IMG/VR virus record: IMGVR_UViG_3300036852_000313
Span: 1 to 52,228 of that record
Source of the DNA: a virus
Taxonomy: Duplodnaviria; Caudoviricetes
Strand: one strand, 5' to 3'
DNA length: 52,228 bases
Of the stretch, positions 25,433 to 34,619 are shown one piece after another; within the stretch, counting starts at the first letter, position 1; each line of letters begins with the position of its first letter. The position numbers and the translations under genes were made by a program. The notes under the pieces are model-generated. The model was not told the origin of the DNA, searched no databases, and saw only the letters and a list, made by a program, of their open reading frames with translations.

Positions 25433-25888
25433 ATGCCTTTCTTAGATTCGCAGCGCATTCAGCAAGCTCCAGTGGCGTCTGTTGCCACCGTATCCTCGGG
25501 GGTGACAGCGCCGCATTTTGTCTTGGGGCCTATAGCACTCGTTCCTGCCATATCTGCGTCTACCACACAATTTGTGCGACTCAGCAACACCGCTCCCAAT
25601 GCTCAGGAAAACAACGCAATTGTACCGTCGCTCAGTACACTAACCATTACGCAACTTGTTATAAGCACATCGGCAGCACAAAGCGGGACAGGCACACTCA
25701 CGCTTCAAGTACGCAAAGCGCAAGCCAACAGTGCATTGTCCGTTGTAGTACCTGCAGGAGGCGCAGCGGGTTTGTACAGCACCGCTAGCACAGTGACCTT
25801 CGCACCAAAGGATTTGTTTAGTATTTCCGCCGTTAACGCTGCAACTGCCGCGTCCACGGCCTTCTCTTTCACGCTTATCGGCACATGA
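25433..25888 (+). CDS. Beta-sandwich protein, paralog 2 of 3
   Basis: QVRKAQANSALSVVVPAG...VTFAPKDLFSI. Confidence 0.65.
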   Translation: MPFLDSQRIQQAPVASVATVSSGVTAPHFVLGPIALVPAISASTTQFVRLSNTAPNAQENNAIVPSLSTLTITQLVISTSAAQSGTGTLTLQVRKAQANSALSVVVPAGGAAGLYSTASTVTFAPKDLFSISAVNAATAASTAFSFTLIGT

Positions 25889-26253
25889 TTTGGATGTGGA
25901 CAGCGGGCAAACCCGCACTTACGTCTAACGTGACGTGGTTTACGGCGCCGGGTGATGCTATACCGGGTACTACCGAGGAGCCGGTTGTACTCAACTCTAA
26001 CATTACCGTCAGTGATTTCTGCGTCTATGTGGGCGGTGCGCAGCCGAGCAGTGGTTCGCTACTCGCGACTGTGCGTAAAAACGCTGTGGATAGCGCCCTT
26101 TCTTTGACGATTCCGCTAAGCAGCACTACAAGCGTATACGCCGCCGCAAGCAACGTCACATTTGCGAGCGGTGACCTATTCAGCATTTCGCTCAACAATC
26201 TTGCGTCCGCGAGCGCGATCAGCTTACTCGGCTTTGGGGTGACATACCAATGA
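25885..26253 (+). CDS. Beta-sandwich protein, paralog 3 of 3
   Basis: TVRKNAVDSALSLTIP...VTFASGDLFSI. Confidence 0.65.
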   Translation: MIWMWTAGKPALTSNVTWFTAPGDAIPGTTEEPVVLNSNITVSDFCVYVGGAQPSSGSLLATVRKNAVDSALSLTIPLSSTTSVYAAASNVTFASGDLFSISLNNLASASAISLLGFGVTYQ

Positions 26254-26271
26254 TTCAGACGAGATAGTATA

Positions 26272-26685
26272 ATGACTCCCAAAAACGGCTGGACTTTCGA
26301 GACGCTGTTGCGCTACGTCATAGCGCGCATTGACGGCGACGCACGCACTACCGAACAGCGCTTTTTGGATCATCAGGTCGCTGTAGATGCTGCGCTAAAT
26401 GCCACAAAAGAAGCAGTCCTTAAGGCGGAAATCGCGTCCGAAAAGCGCTTCGAGAGCGTAAACGAGTTTCATTCGGCGCTGTCAGATCAGCAGCGCACAT
26501 TGCTACCGCGCGTAGAAGCAGAACAGCGCTTGGCGCAGCTTGCTGACCGAATTGACAAATTAGAGCGAGCTGCCGTCGCGCAAACAGGCCAACGGGCAGG
26601 GCTTAGAGAAAGCTGGGGCTGGATTGTTGGTTTAGTCGCCTTTGTGGTACTGCTGTTGTCGCTTGCGCGGGAGTTTTTGAAGTGA
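26272..26685 (+). CDS. Coiled-coil protein with C-terminal TM helix
   Basis: KAEIASEKRFESVNEF..ALSDQ; WGWIVGLVAFVVLLL. Confidence 0.7.
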   Translation: MTPKNGWTFETLLRYVIARIDGDARTTEQRFLDHQVAVDAALNATKEAVLKAEIASEKRFESVNEFHSALSDQQRTLLPRVEAEQRLAQLADRIDKLERAAVAQTGQRAGLRESWGWIVGLVAFVVLLLSLAREFLK

Positions 26686-26739
26686 GCCGCTACGCATCGC
26701 GCCTTTTAGAAGCATCGCTCAGCCACTAGATTACACACT

Positions 26740-27429
26740 ATGCCCGTTCTTACTCTTGCCCAAATCATTTCACGCGCAACCGAGCTTGCGGGTGGACGCC
26801 TCGATTGGAACGCCTCAGACGCGAGTTTCTACGTCAACCAGGCCGCAGGGTACGTGGGACGCTCGGTTGGCATCGAGCACCGCTCGCTTGAATCGAGCTA
26901 TGCTACCACGGTTACGTCAGGCGTTTCGCGCATGGTGCTGCCGAGCGACTACAACTACGCTATTGTGCTGAGCATCGGTTCTTCTGTGCCATCTGGCTCG
27001 ACTCGTTGGCGCATACTTGGGAAGCGTGACATCGGATGGGCCGACACGTTTGCGGGGCGCCTCGACTCCACAACCGGCCAGCCCGAAGCTTACGTCGAGT
27101 ACGGCACAAACTTCGAGGTCGTGCCAAGCCCAAACAGCTCGTACAGTCTCGTGTTGCGTTATCGGCGACAAACTGAGGAGCTGACCTCCAGCGGCTCCAC
27201 GTATGGCTTCGATCAGCAATGGCATTGGTCTGTTGTGCTCAAAGCCGCAGAATTGCTCGCGATGTCGCGCGGTGACACCGAGACCGAGCAGCTGTCGCGA
27301 AATCGCTACATCGACTATATGAACGCGGTGTTGCCGGATCAGGCGAAGAAAGTCATGGATCAGCGCGGTTCGCTTCAGCCCTTTCCGCGCAACCCGGCGC
27401 CGGGCGGCAACGGCTCGGCGGCGCTCTAG
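26740..27429 (+). CDS. Head-to-tail adaptor, paralog A
   Basis: TLAQII.RA, YVNQA, LPSDY, GQPEAY, PSPNSSYSLVLRY, QWHWSVVLKA. Confidence 0.7.
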   Translation: MPVLTLAQIISRATELAGGRLDWNASDASFYVNQAAGYVGRSVGIEHRSLESSYATTVTSGVSRMVLPSDYNYAIVLSIGSSVPSGSTRWRILGKRDIGWADTFAGRLDSTTGQPEAYVEYGTNFEVVPSPNSSYSLVLRYRRQTEELTSSGSTYGFDQQWHWSVVLKAAELLAMSRGDTETEQLSRNRYIDYMNAVLPDQAKKVMDQRGSLQPFPRNPAPGGNGSAAL

Positions 27430-27431
27430 CC

Positions 27432-27803
27432 ATGCCACCGCGCCAGCCGCGCTTCGGCTCACAGATTCTCGAAAATGTGCTGCGCGACATCGCGGCGCAA
27501 CGCGACGCAACGCGCGTGCACGCTGCTCAGCGTCCGGCGCACGTTGCCAACGCGAGTATGCTAGAGCAGCTATTTCCACACGCGAGCGTTATGCCCGCCG
27601 AAGCGCTCGCAATGTGGGCGGAGCGCGCGCTGTATGACGCATATCGACGCGCGATGAGCACAGGCGACGAGTTTCACAAGGGACCGTACCCAACCGACCT
27701 GCCCGCGCCCGCCGACACGCGCTGGCTCGACGCGACCGATCCAGCATGGGTCGGCCCGCGTGAGTGGGCGCAACCGCGCGCGAAAAAGCGCGACTCTCGA
27801 TAG
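27432..27803 (+). CDS. Hypothetical protein
   Basis: 123 aa between the adaptor paralogs. Confidence 0.5.
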   Translation: MPPRQPRFGSQILENVLRDIAAQRDATRVHAAQRPAHVANASMLEQLFPHASVMPAEALAMWAERALYDAYRRAMSTGDEFHKGPYPTDLPAPADTRWLDATDPAWVGPREWAQPRAKKRDSR

Positions 27804-27809
27804 CGCGTC

Positions 27810-28493
27810 GTGCCCACGCTCACACTTGCACAGCTTGCGTCGCATGCGACGCGCCTCGCGGGCGCGCCAGCAACACCGCTGTCGCTCGCCTCGGAGTACG
27901 TAAATCTCGCATATGCGATGGTCGCACAAAGCTCTGGCGTGCAGCATGCCGCGCGAGAAACCGTGGCGCATGCCTCAACCTCGACCAGCACAACCACAGC
28001 AGAAAATCGACTCGCGCTCCCCAGCGATTTCGATTACGCAATCGGCGTTAGGCTTGGCGTGCCGAATTCATGGAGCACCGCGACTTCACGCACTACAACG
28101 TGGAAGCCGTTGCCGAAGCAGCCCGCGTCATGGTTTGAAACATGCGTGCATAACTCTGACCTGTCTGCCGAGCCTGAAGTCTACGGCGAATTCGCGACAT
28201 GGCTAGAGCTGTCGCCATCGCCGAACAGTGCCTACTCGGTCGAAATGCGCTACGCACGCAAGATCACGGAAATGACCGCCAGCACCGCGACGCCAATTCT
28301 CGACGAGCAGTGGCATTGGGCGATAGCGCTCAAGGCGAGCGAATTGCTAGCAAGTACTTCCGCCGAAAGTCAGCTTGAACTGCGCAATGCGCGGCGCTAC
28401 ATGCTGTATGTACAAGGCTTGCGCGTGGATCAGACGAGACGCCGTATGGATGAGCGAGGCATGCGCGTCGCGTACGTGCGCACACAGCACTAG
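27810..28493 (+). CDS. Head-to-tail adaptor, paralog B
   Basis: TLAQLA.HA, YVNLA, LPSDF, AEPEVY, PSPNSAYSVEMRY, QWHWAIALKA. Confidence 0.7.
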   Translation: MPTLTLAQLASHATRLAGAPATPLSLASEYVNLAYAMVAQSSGVQHAARETVAHASTSTSTTTAENRLALPSDFDYAIGVRLGVPNSWSTATSRTTTWKPLPKQPASWFETCVHNSDLSAEPEVYGEFATWLELSPSPNSAYSVEMRYARKITEMTASTATPILDEQWHWAIALKASELLASTSAESQLELRNARRYMLYVQGLRVDQTRRRMDERGMRVAYVRTQH

Positions 28494-28496
28494 AGC

Positions 28497-29825
28497 ATGC
28501 CAACGACACAATGGACGACGTGCACACCGGGCGCAGCAGGCTGGACGGCGTGTACACCAAGCGGAGCAACGTGGGGTGCGTGCACGCCGGGCGCGCTCGC
28601 GTGGGAAAACTGCGATGGCGTCGCCCCCACGATACTTGCGCTCAACCCAGCGAGCATACGCCAAGGCCAAGCTGCCACGGTCGTGCTCACAGGCACCGAC
28701 TTCGTTGCTGGAGCAAGCGTTGCTGTCTCTGGTACAGGTGTTACCATCAGTAACGTTGTCGTCGTCAACGCACAAACTATCACAGCGACATTTACAGTCG
28801 CGGCGAGCGCCGCAGCGACTACGCACACCATCGCCGTCACCACGCTATACGGCACGAGCAACGCGGCGACGTTCACGGTACAGCGCGTGCTTGACTGGAC
28901 GCTGCGCACGAGCGTTGACAACAGTTGGTGGGACGTGGTGTGGTCGCCGACAGTGGGTACGCTAGTCACAGTTGGGTACACAGGCGTCGGCACATCGGGG
29001 CGCGCCATGTCCTCCACGGACGGCATTACCTGGAGTGCGCAAAGCGTTTTCACAACTAAAAACTGGTTCGCTGGGGTGTGGGCGCCTTCGCTTAGTCTCT
29101 ATGTTGTAGTCGCGGATTTCGGCGTCACGCAACGCGTGATGACATCGCCGGACAGCGTTACATGGACACTTCGTACCACGCCTGCCGACAATGACTGGAA
29201 AGCGCTTTGTTGGTCGCCAGAGCTAAGCCTGTTCGTCGCGGTTTCAGATACAGGGTCAGGGAATCGTGTGATGACATCGCCCGATGGCATTACGTGGACT
29301 GCGCGCGTCTCTGCTGCCAACAATAGCTGGCGCGGCGTGTGCTGGTCGCCCACGTTGAGTTTATTCGTCGCGGTAGCTTACTCCGGCTCGGGAAATCGTG
29401 TGATGACCTCACCAAACGGCGTTACGTGGACGTTGCGCACGTCCGCTGCCGACAACGAGTGGTTCTCGGTGACGTGGGCGGCGGCGCTAAGCTTGTTCGT
29501 CGCGGTAGCGCGCACAGGCACGGGTGACGGTGTGATGACTTCGCCAGATGGCATCACATGGACAACGCGTACACCCGCTGCTGATATCGGGTGGCGACGT
29601 GTGTGTTGGGCGGCGGAGTTAGGTCTGCTCGTGGCCGTTGCGTCAGACAGCGGCGTCGGCAATCGTGTGATGACCTCGTGGGATGGTATCAATTGGACGA
29701 TTGGTGTGAGCGCTGCCGATAACAACTGGCGCTCTGTTGTGTGGGCGCCTGAGCTGTCGCGCTTCGTGGCGGTCGCAAACAACGGGTCTGGGCAAAATGT
29801 GATGACGGGCGAGCTGGCGGCGTGA
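28497..29825 (+). CDS. Tail fibre/receptor-binding protein: IPT/TIG domain + BNR-like beta-propeller
   Basis: PTILALNP...LTGTDFVAGASV...SNAATFTV; repeated VMTSPDGITWT / W..V.WSP.L.LFVAV. Confidence 0.8.
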   Translation: MPTTQWTTCTPGAAGWTACTPSGATWGACTPGALAWENCDGVAPTILALNPASIRQGQAATVVLTGTDFVAGASVAVSGTGVTISNVVVVNAQTITATFTVAASAAATTHTIAVTTLYGTSNAATFTVQRVLDWTLRTSVDNSWWDVVWSPTVGTLVTVGYTGVGTSGRAMSSTDGITWSAQSVFTTKNWFAGVWAPSLSLYVVVADFGVTQRVMTSPDSVTWTLRTTPADNDWKALCWSPELSLFVAVSDTGSGNRVMTSPDGITWTARVSAANNSWRGVCWSPTLSLFVAVAYSGSGNRVMTSPNGVTWTLRTSAADNEWFSVTWAAALSLFVAVARTGTGDGVMTSPDGITWTTRTPAADIGWRRVCWAAELGLLVAVASDSGVGNRVMTSWDGINWTIGVSAADNNWRSVVWAPELSRFVAVANNGSGQNVMTGELAA

Positions 29826-30502
29826 CCCAACTTATCACAGCCATGTTAGCGCGGAATGAAGCCGCACCAGATCGCTACCTTGCGCGCGTGCTCGCGCGGT
29901 GCGCCGAGTTTAGCGACGCCATTTTGCTGCTCGATGATGGCTCGACCGACGATACCGCACAAGTTGCACGCGCCGCTGGTTGCGTGGTGCACACGCGTGA
30001 CGGCGCAGGCTTCTGGGGCGTCACTGAGGCGCCTGCCCGCCGCGAGCTATGGGAACGCGCCGCAGAGCTTATAGGCGACGGTTGGGTGCTTATTTGCGAC
30101 GCCGATATGCTGCTTGAGGGTGACCCGCGCCCGTTGTGCGCAAGCTGGGAGGCTGCAACATGGGCGTGGCCGCTCGCCGATCTGTGGGATAGCGAAAGCA
30201 CCTTTCGTGTCGATGGCCCGTGGGGCTTTGGCCCAACTGTGCCGCGCCCGTGGCTGTTTCGCCCGAGTGCCGCACCGCAAGACTTCGTGCCGCGCTGGCC
30301 CGAGAAGTGCGTCCATACTGGACACTGCCCAATGAATTTCGGTGAAGTGGGGCCAACCTTTGTTGCGCCACCCGACGTGTACTGGAAGCACCTTAGCTAT
30401 TTGCGCCGCGAGGACCGCTTGCGTAAGCACGCACAGTATGCTAGCGTGACGCATCAGCTCAGTGATTTTGAGCGAGCGCACGCTGCAACCATACTCGATT
30501 GA
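29822..30502 (+). CDS. Glycosyltransferase family 2
   Basis: ARNEA, LLDDGSTDDT, ICDAD, KHLSY. Confidence 0.85.
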   Translation: MTQLITAMLARNEAAPDRYLARVLARCAEFSDAILLLDDGSTDDTAQVARAAGCVVHTRDGAGFWGVTEAPARRELWERAAELIGDGWVLICDADMLLEGDPRPLCASWEAATWAWPLADLWDSESTFRVDGPWGFGPTVPRPWLFRPSAAPQDFVPRWPEKCVHTGHCPMNFGEVGPTFVAPPDVYWKHLSYLRREDRLRKHAQYASVTHQLSDFERAHAATILD

Positions 30503-31758
30503 TGCCACAACTTGCCCTGCTGGCCGATAAGCGCCCGATTGTCGTCGTCGTCGGCACCTCTGTGCGCAAGCCCGCCGCTGTACTGCGTCACTATCTCGCG
30601 AGTCTCGCGTGGCAAGAGTTACCACCAAACGTCGTGCTTGTGCCTGTGTTTGTCGCAGATAATGCAGACCCAGAAGCGGATGCGCTGCTCCGCGAGTGGA
30701 CCACAGCGCGTGATGGCAAAGTGCTTCGGGGCGTTCCCGCGCCAGTCGCAGATTTCAGCGATGAGCACCCCGAAACGCATCAATGGAGCGCAACCGCGAT
30801 GGAGCGCGTTGGAGTCAACAAGGATCGCATTATAGCGCGCGCCCGCGAGCTGCGTGCTGACTACGTCTGGTTCTGCGACGCAGACCTGATTTGTGATACG
30901 ACAACGCTGGCGTCGATGCTTGCGGTTGGGGCGCCGATTGTCACGGCAGTCTACTGGACGTATTGGAGCGCGCAAGGCACTGAGACGCGCAAGGTCCACG
31001 CCGCACCGCAAGTCTGGCTGCGTCATCCGTATGAGCTGTCTGGGTTCGGCTGGACCGAGCACGATTTTCGTGCGCGCTTAGCGCAACGTCAACTAACGCA
31101 AGTGCCTGGTTACGGCGCGTGCACGCTTCTGTCACAGCGCGCGCTCGACGCGGGCGTCGCGTTTGCACGCGTGCCAAACGTGCCGGTGACCGGGCTCATG
31201 GCGGGCGAGGATCGACACTTCTGCTTGCGCGCTCAAGCACTACATCTTGACGCATGGGCTGATCCGTGGCCGGACATTTATCACATCTATCACCTGCCCA
31301 CCGATTTGCGCCACGCGCCAGCGTACGTCGCGCGCTTGTCGGCTACACATCCCGAGCGCGCATCACTCGGTGATTTGGTAAGCGCAACCATTCAACCTAT
31401 TGAACCTGTCCCGTGGGCGAATGGGGGCTGGACCGCTGTGCCACCACAACGCGTGCGTGGACGCCTCGGCCAGCTCGCGCTTGTGCCCGAGCTGGAGGAA
31501 GCTTTTTATGGGCTGAAGCGTGGCGCGACCGTAACGGTGCCTGTGCACTTTCCCGCGCACTATGCTGTGCCATACTATCAAGGCAAGCGACGCCTGCTGC
31601 GCATTACGCTGCACGATGCGAAGCCGAACGGCTGGGCGCCTGTGCTCGAAAACGAAATGCTCGTCGGCGCGCGGAGCGGCAATGCGCTGCGCACGACAGA
31701 CTACAACGCGCGCCAACTCGACGGAATGCGCGAGATCACGGAGGCTACAAATGCGTAG
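30502..31758 (+). CDS. GT-A glycosyltransferase fused to trigger-factor-like FKBP domain
   Basis: YVWFCDADL, GACTLL, GEDRHFCLRA; C-terminal LGQLALVPELEEAFYGLKRG..VTVPVHFPAHY...QGK. Confidence 0.75.
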   Translation: MPQLALLADKRPIVVVVGTSVRKPAAVLRHYLASLAWQELPPNVVLVPVFVADNADPEADALLREWTTARDGKVLRGVPAPVADFSDEHPETHQWSATAMERVGVNKDRIIARARELRADYVWFCDADLICDTTTLASMLAVGAPIVTAVYWTYWSAQGTETRKVHAAPQVWLRHPYELSGFGWTEHDFRARLAQRQLTQVPGYGACTLLSQRALDAGVAFARVPNVPVTGLMAGEDRHFCLRAQALHLDAWADPWPDIYHIYHLPTDLRHAPAYVARLSATHPERASLGDLVSATIQPIEPVPWANGGWTAVPPQRVRGRLGQLALVPELEEAFYGLKRGATVTVPVHFPAHYAVPYYQGKRRLLRITLHDAKPNGWAPVLENEMLVGARSGNALRTTDYNARQLDGMREITEATNA

Positions 31759-31957
31759 CACACAAAAGCAATGGTTTGAACTGCATGCACCAGGCTTGCG
31801 CAAAGCAAGCATTGGGTGGCAATACGACTATGACACAGGAGTGTATCACTTCTATCGCGTAGTAAAAGTACCGCAGACAGCGCTAGAAACAGGTGGTACA
31901 GAGCTTGCTGCCGCCATTGTGAGAAAATTAACCGGGAAGACAGAAGCGAATGGCTAA
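31751..31957 (+). CDS. Hypothetical protein
   Basis: GGAGG RBS; 68 aa. Confidence 0.55.
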   Translation: MRSTQKQWFELHAPGLRKASIGWQYDYDTGVYHFYRVVKVPQTALETGGTELAAAIVRKLTGKTEANG

Positions 31958-32186
31958 AGGAACTTGGCACGCGCGCGGGCTCGCACGCATGCACTATGTA
32001 GACAATAGCGGCAAAGTGCTAGGCACGGTCGCTTTTGTTTATGGTGACGGCTTGTATAGCGCTAACACCAATAGTACACGTCTTGGTAACTACATAAACG
32101 AGTCAGACGCGCAACGCGCGGTCGAAATCGCGTGCGACGCGCCGCCACCTGCGCCCAGCACCATTCTTGGAAGCCAGAATGCCTGA
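31950..32186 (+). CDS. Hypothetical protein
   Basis: 78 aa, overlaps neighbours. Confidence 0.55.
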   Translation: MAKGTWHARGLARMHYVDNSGKVLGTVAFVYGDGLYSANTNSTRLGNYINESDAQRAVEIACDAPPPAPSTILGSQNA

Positions 32187-33018
32187 TCTCCAGCGTATCG
32201 AAGTTCCCCCCGGTGTTGTCTGCGTCACGACCTACGGTGTCATTACGCAGCAAACTGCGCAATGCCTCATGGAAGCGCGCAGTCTCACAGAGCGCAACGG
32301 TGCGGACAACATTAGCTGGGTGCTGGAGCCCGCCGCGCTTGTGGAGCGCGCGCGTAACGCCGCCGTGCGGAGCATGCGCGCCGCAAACGCGAGTTGGCTG
32401 TGTTTCATTGACGGCGATGCGACGTTTCCGCCCGACGCAATTCTGCGCATGCTCCAGACCGCGTATCTTGACATGCCGCACGCAGATTGCGTGGGCGCCT
32501 ATATGCCCCTGCGCGGCGAGCTTGCGCTGCCCACTATCGACACCGGCACAGGAACATGGGAAAGCTGGTTTCCAGGCAGCGGCACCATTGAGGTTATTCG
32601 CACGGGCGCCGCGTTTCTGTTTATCAAGCGTCACGTTATTGAGGCGTTGACCGACCCGTGGTTTCGTGTGCGTGTGCCTGCGCGCCCGCTCGACTTCATG
32701 CTCGAAGTTGACAATTGGGCACGCATCAAGTTCGACGGACGCAACCCATTCCGCGAGCTGCCCGGCGAGCCGTGGGAAAAGCTGGAGCGCTGCGCCAAGG
32801 ACGATCCCAGCGTTGCACCAGAGCAATTTACGCCTCTCGAAGTTGGCGAGGACTCCGGCTTTTGCGACCGCGTGCGCGCCGCAGGCTTTCACATCTTCGT
32901 CAACACAGACATTTCGTGTGGGCATGTCGATCAGCTCATACGGACTGGCGCAGACCATCGGCGCGCCATCGACGAGCGCGACCGCTCTCAGCGTTTACTT
33001 GCGGGAATACTTCAATGA
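32179..33018 (+). CDS. Glycosyltransferase (GT-A fold)
   Basis: VERARN, FIDGD, GAAFLFIKRHV, GEDSGFCDR, CGHV. Confidence 0.85.
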   Translation: MPDLQRIEVPPGVVCVTTYGVITQQTAQCLMEARSLTERNGADNISWVLEPAALVERARNAAVRSMRAANASWLCFIDGDATFPPDAILRMLQTAYLDMPHADCVGAYMPLRGELALPTIDTGTGTWESWFPGSGTIEVIRTGAAFLFIKRHVIEALTDPWFRVRVPARPLDFMLEVDNWARIKFDGRNPFRELPGEPWEKLERCAKDDPSVAPEQFTPLEVGEDSGFCDRVRAAGFHIFVNTDISCGHVDQLIRTGADHRRAIDERDRSQRLLAGILQ

Positions 33019-33296
33019 CGCCAAACGACACAGAAACCCGAACTGTAACCCTTTCTGGGCGCGATGTGCAATGGCTCACAGCACTAGTCGCATTGAGCAC
33101 CACAGTGCTAAATCCAAACGCGACCCGTGCTGCTCTTGAAAACAATGTGGACACGCTGTGTGAGCTGTTTGACAGCCACCACTACTCGGGTGCGGAAATC
33201 AACGCGCTATACGATATGCTATACAACGCGCTGCCTATCACGTCGCCTATCGGTGACTTTCGTCTAAGAGCATTTAGCACATCGCTCGTTTCATGA
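33015..33296 (+). CDS. Hypothetical protein
   Basis: ATGA overlaps. Confidence 0.5.
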   Translation: MTPNDTETRTVTLSGRDVQWLTALVALSTTVLNPNATRAALENNVDTLCELFDSHHYSGAEINALYDMLYNALPITSPIGDFRLRAFSTSLVS

Positions 33297-33365
33297 CCAG
33301 CATGCTGTCGTGCGCCTTTCGCCACGACTTTCCCTGGCCGTACTCTCAACTCTCGTGGAGCCCCA

Positions 33366-34619
33366 ATGGAAACATCTACTGCCCTGATTGCGGAATCGAC
33401 CTTCAGCGAGCGTGGGGTGTCGCATCAAATTACACAGGCAAAACCGCGTTTAAACGCGCGCAATGCCTGTCGCGTTTGTGGTAGTCCTCGCCTGACGCCG
33501 TACCTGAATCTCGGCAAGCAGGCACTTGCGAACGATGTACGCAGCGCTGACGCGCCGCTCGGCGCGCGCTTTCCTTTGGTTGTGCAAGCATGCGCACATT
33601 GCAGGCTATCGCAGCTCACGTATGTTGCGCCAAAGGAAGCGCTATACACAACGTATGCATATAGCTCTGGTGTCAGTGCAGGCTGGCGGCAGCATTGCGC
33701 TGAGCTAGCCGCCGAGTTTGCGCGCCCAGACTCTCACGTCATTGACGTGGCGTCAAACGACGGCACACTGATACAAGCGTTCGCTGAGCGTGGTTGCTGG
33801 ACGCTTGGCATCGAGCCAAGCATCAGCTTCGCCGACGCCGATTACGCAAAGCGCACTGCATACTGGACAAGCGATCTTGCACGCGATCCAGAGATTTACG
33901 GGCACGCCGATGTGTTAATCGCGCAAAACGTTCTTGGGCACGTCGATGACGTGCACGACTTCATGGCTGGTGTAGCGCTTGCGCTTACACCGAACGGTAC
34001 CGCGATTGTCGAAGTGCCGTACCTTGGCTCGCTGTTCGACACACTGGCGTTCGACACAGTTTACCACGAGCATTTGAGCTATTGGAGCATAACTGCGCTT
34101 CAGCGACTCTGCCACGAGCACGGGCTTGTGCTGACGGATGTGCGTTGGCTCGCGGTGCACGGCGGCTCGGCTCGTGCACTGATCCGCAAAACTGGCACCG
34201 CGTCGCAGGCCGTCATGAGCGCCATTGTCAACGAAATGCACGACCTGCGCCGTTCTACTTACGAGCAGTTTTCGGCGCGCGTCACAAGGCGCATCGCAGA
34301 GATTAACGCGGAGCTGCTACAGCACACTCCGTATGTCGGCTTCGGCGCCGCCGCCAAAACGGCTGTGATGCTTGGCTGCCTCGACGTGCGTGCGTATCCG
34401 TACGTTGTCTACGATGACGCCGCAGCAAAGCAAGGCAAAGCGATTCCTGGCACGCGCGTGCCCATCGAAGCGGCACCAACGAATTGGCGCACCGCGCCGG
34501 GGCCGATGTGTTTGTTCGCGTGGAATTGGGCGAGCACGATTATTCCGCGCCTACGTCGTGCAGGCTACACAGGCGCCATCTACACGCCGTTGCCGCATCC
34601 GCGCTGGGACATCGCATGA
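33366..34619 (+). CDS. NDP-hexose C-methyltransferase-like SAM methyltransferase (start uncertain)
   Basis: CRVCGS..YLNLG.QALAND, CAHCRLSQL, DVASNDG, FDTVYHEHLSY, VHGGS, GFGAAAK, KQGK.IPG. Confidence 0.9.
   Translation: METSTALIAESTFSERGVSHQITQAKPRLNARNACRVCGSPRLTPYLNLGKQALANDVRSADAPLGARFPLVVQACAHCRLSQLTYVAPKEALYTTYAYSSGVSAGWRQHCAELAAEFARPDSHVIDVASNDGTLIQAFAERGCWTLGIEPSISFADADYAKRTAYWTSDLARDPEIYGHADVLIAQNVLGHVDDVHDFMAGVALALTPNGTAIVEVPYLGSLFDTLAFDTVYHEHLSYWSITALQRLCHEHGLVLTDVRWLAVHGGSARALIRKTGTASQAVMSAIVNEMHDLRRSTYEQFSARVTRRIAEINAELLQHTPYVGFGAAAKTAVMLGCLDVRAYPYVVYDDAAAKQGKAIPGTRVPIEAAPTNWRTAPGPMCLFAWNWASTIIPRLRRAGYTGAIYTPLPHPRWDIA

Noticed and set aside
33293-33484. 63-aa CPDC ORF
   Set aside because: Overlaps the methyltransferase ORF by 119 nt; cannot decide between them without fixing the methyltransferase start
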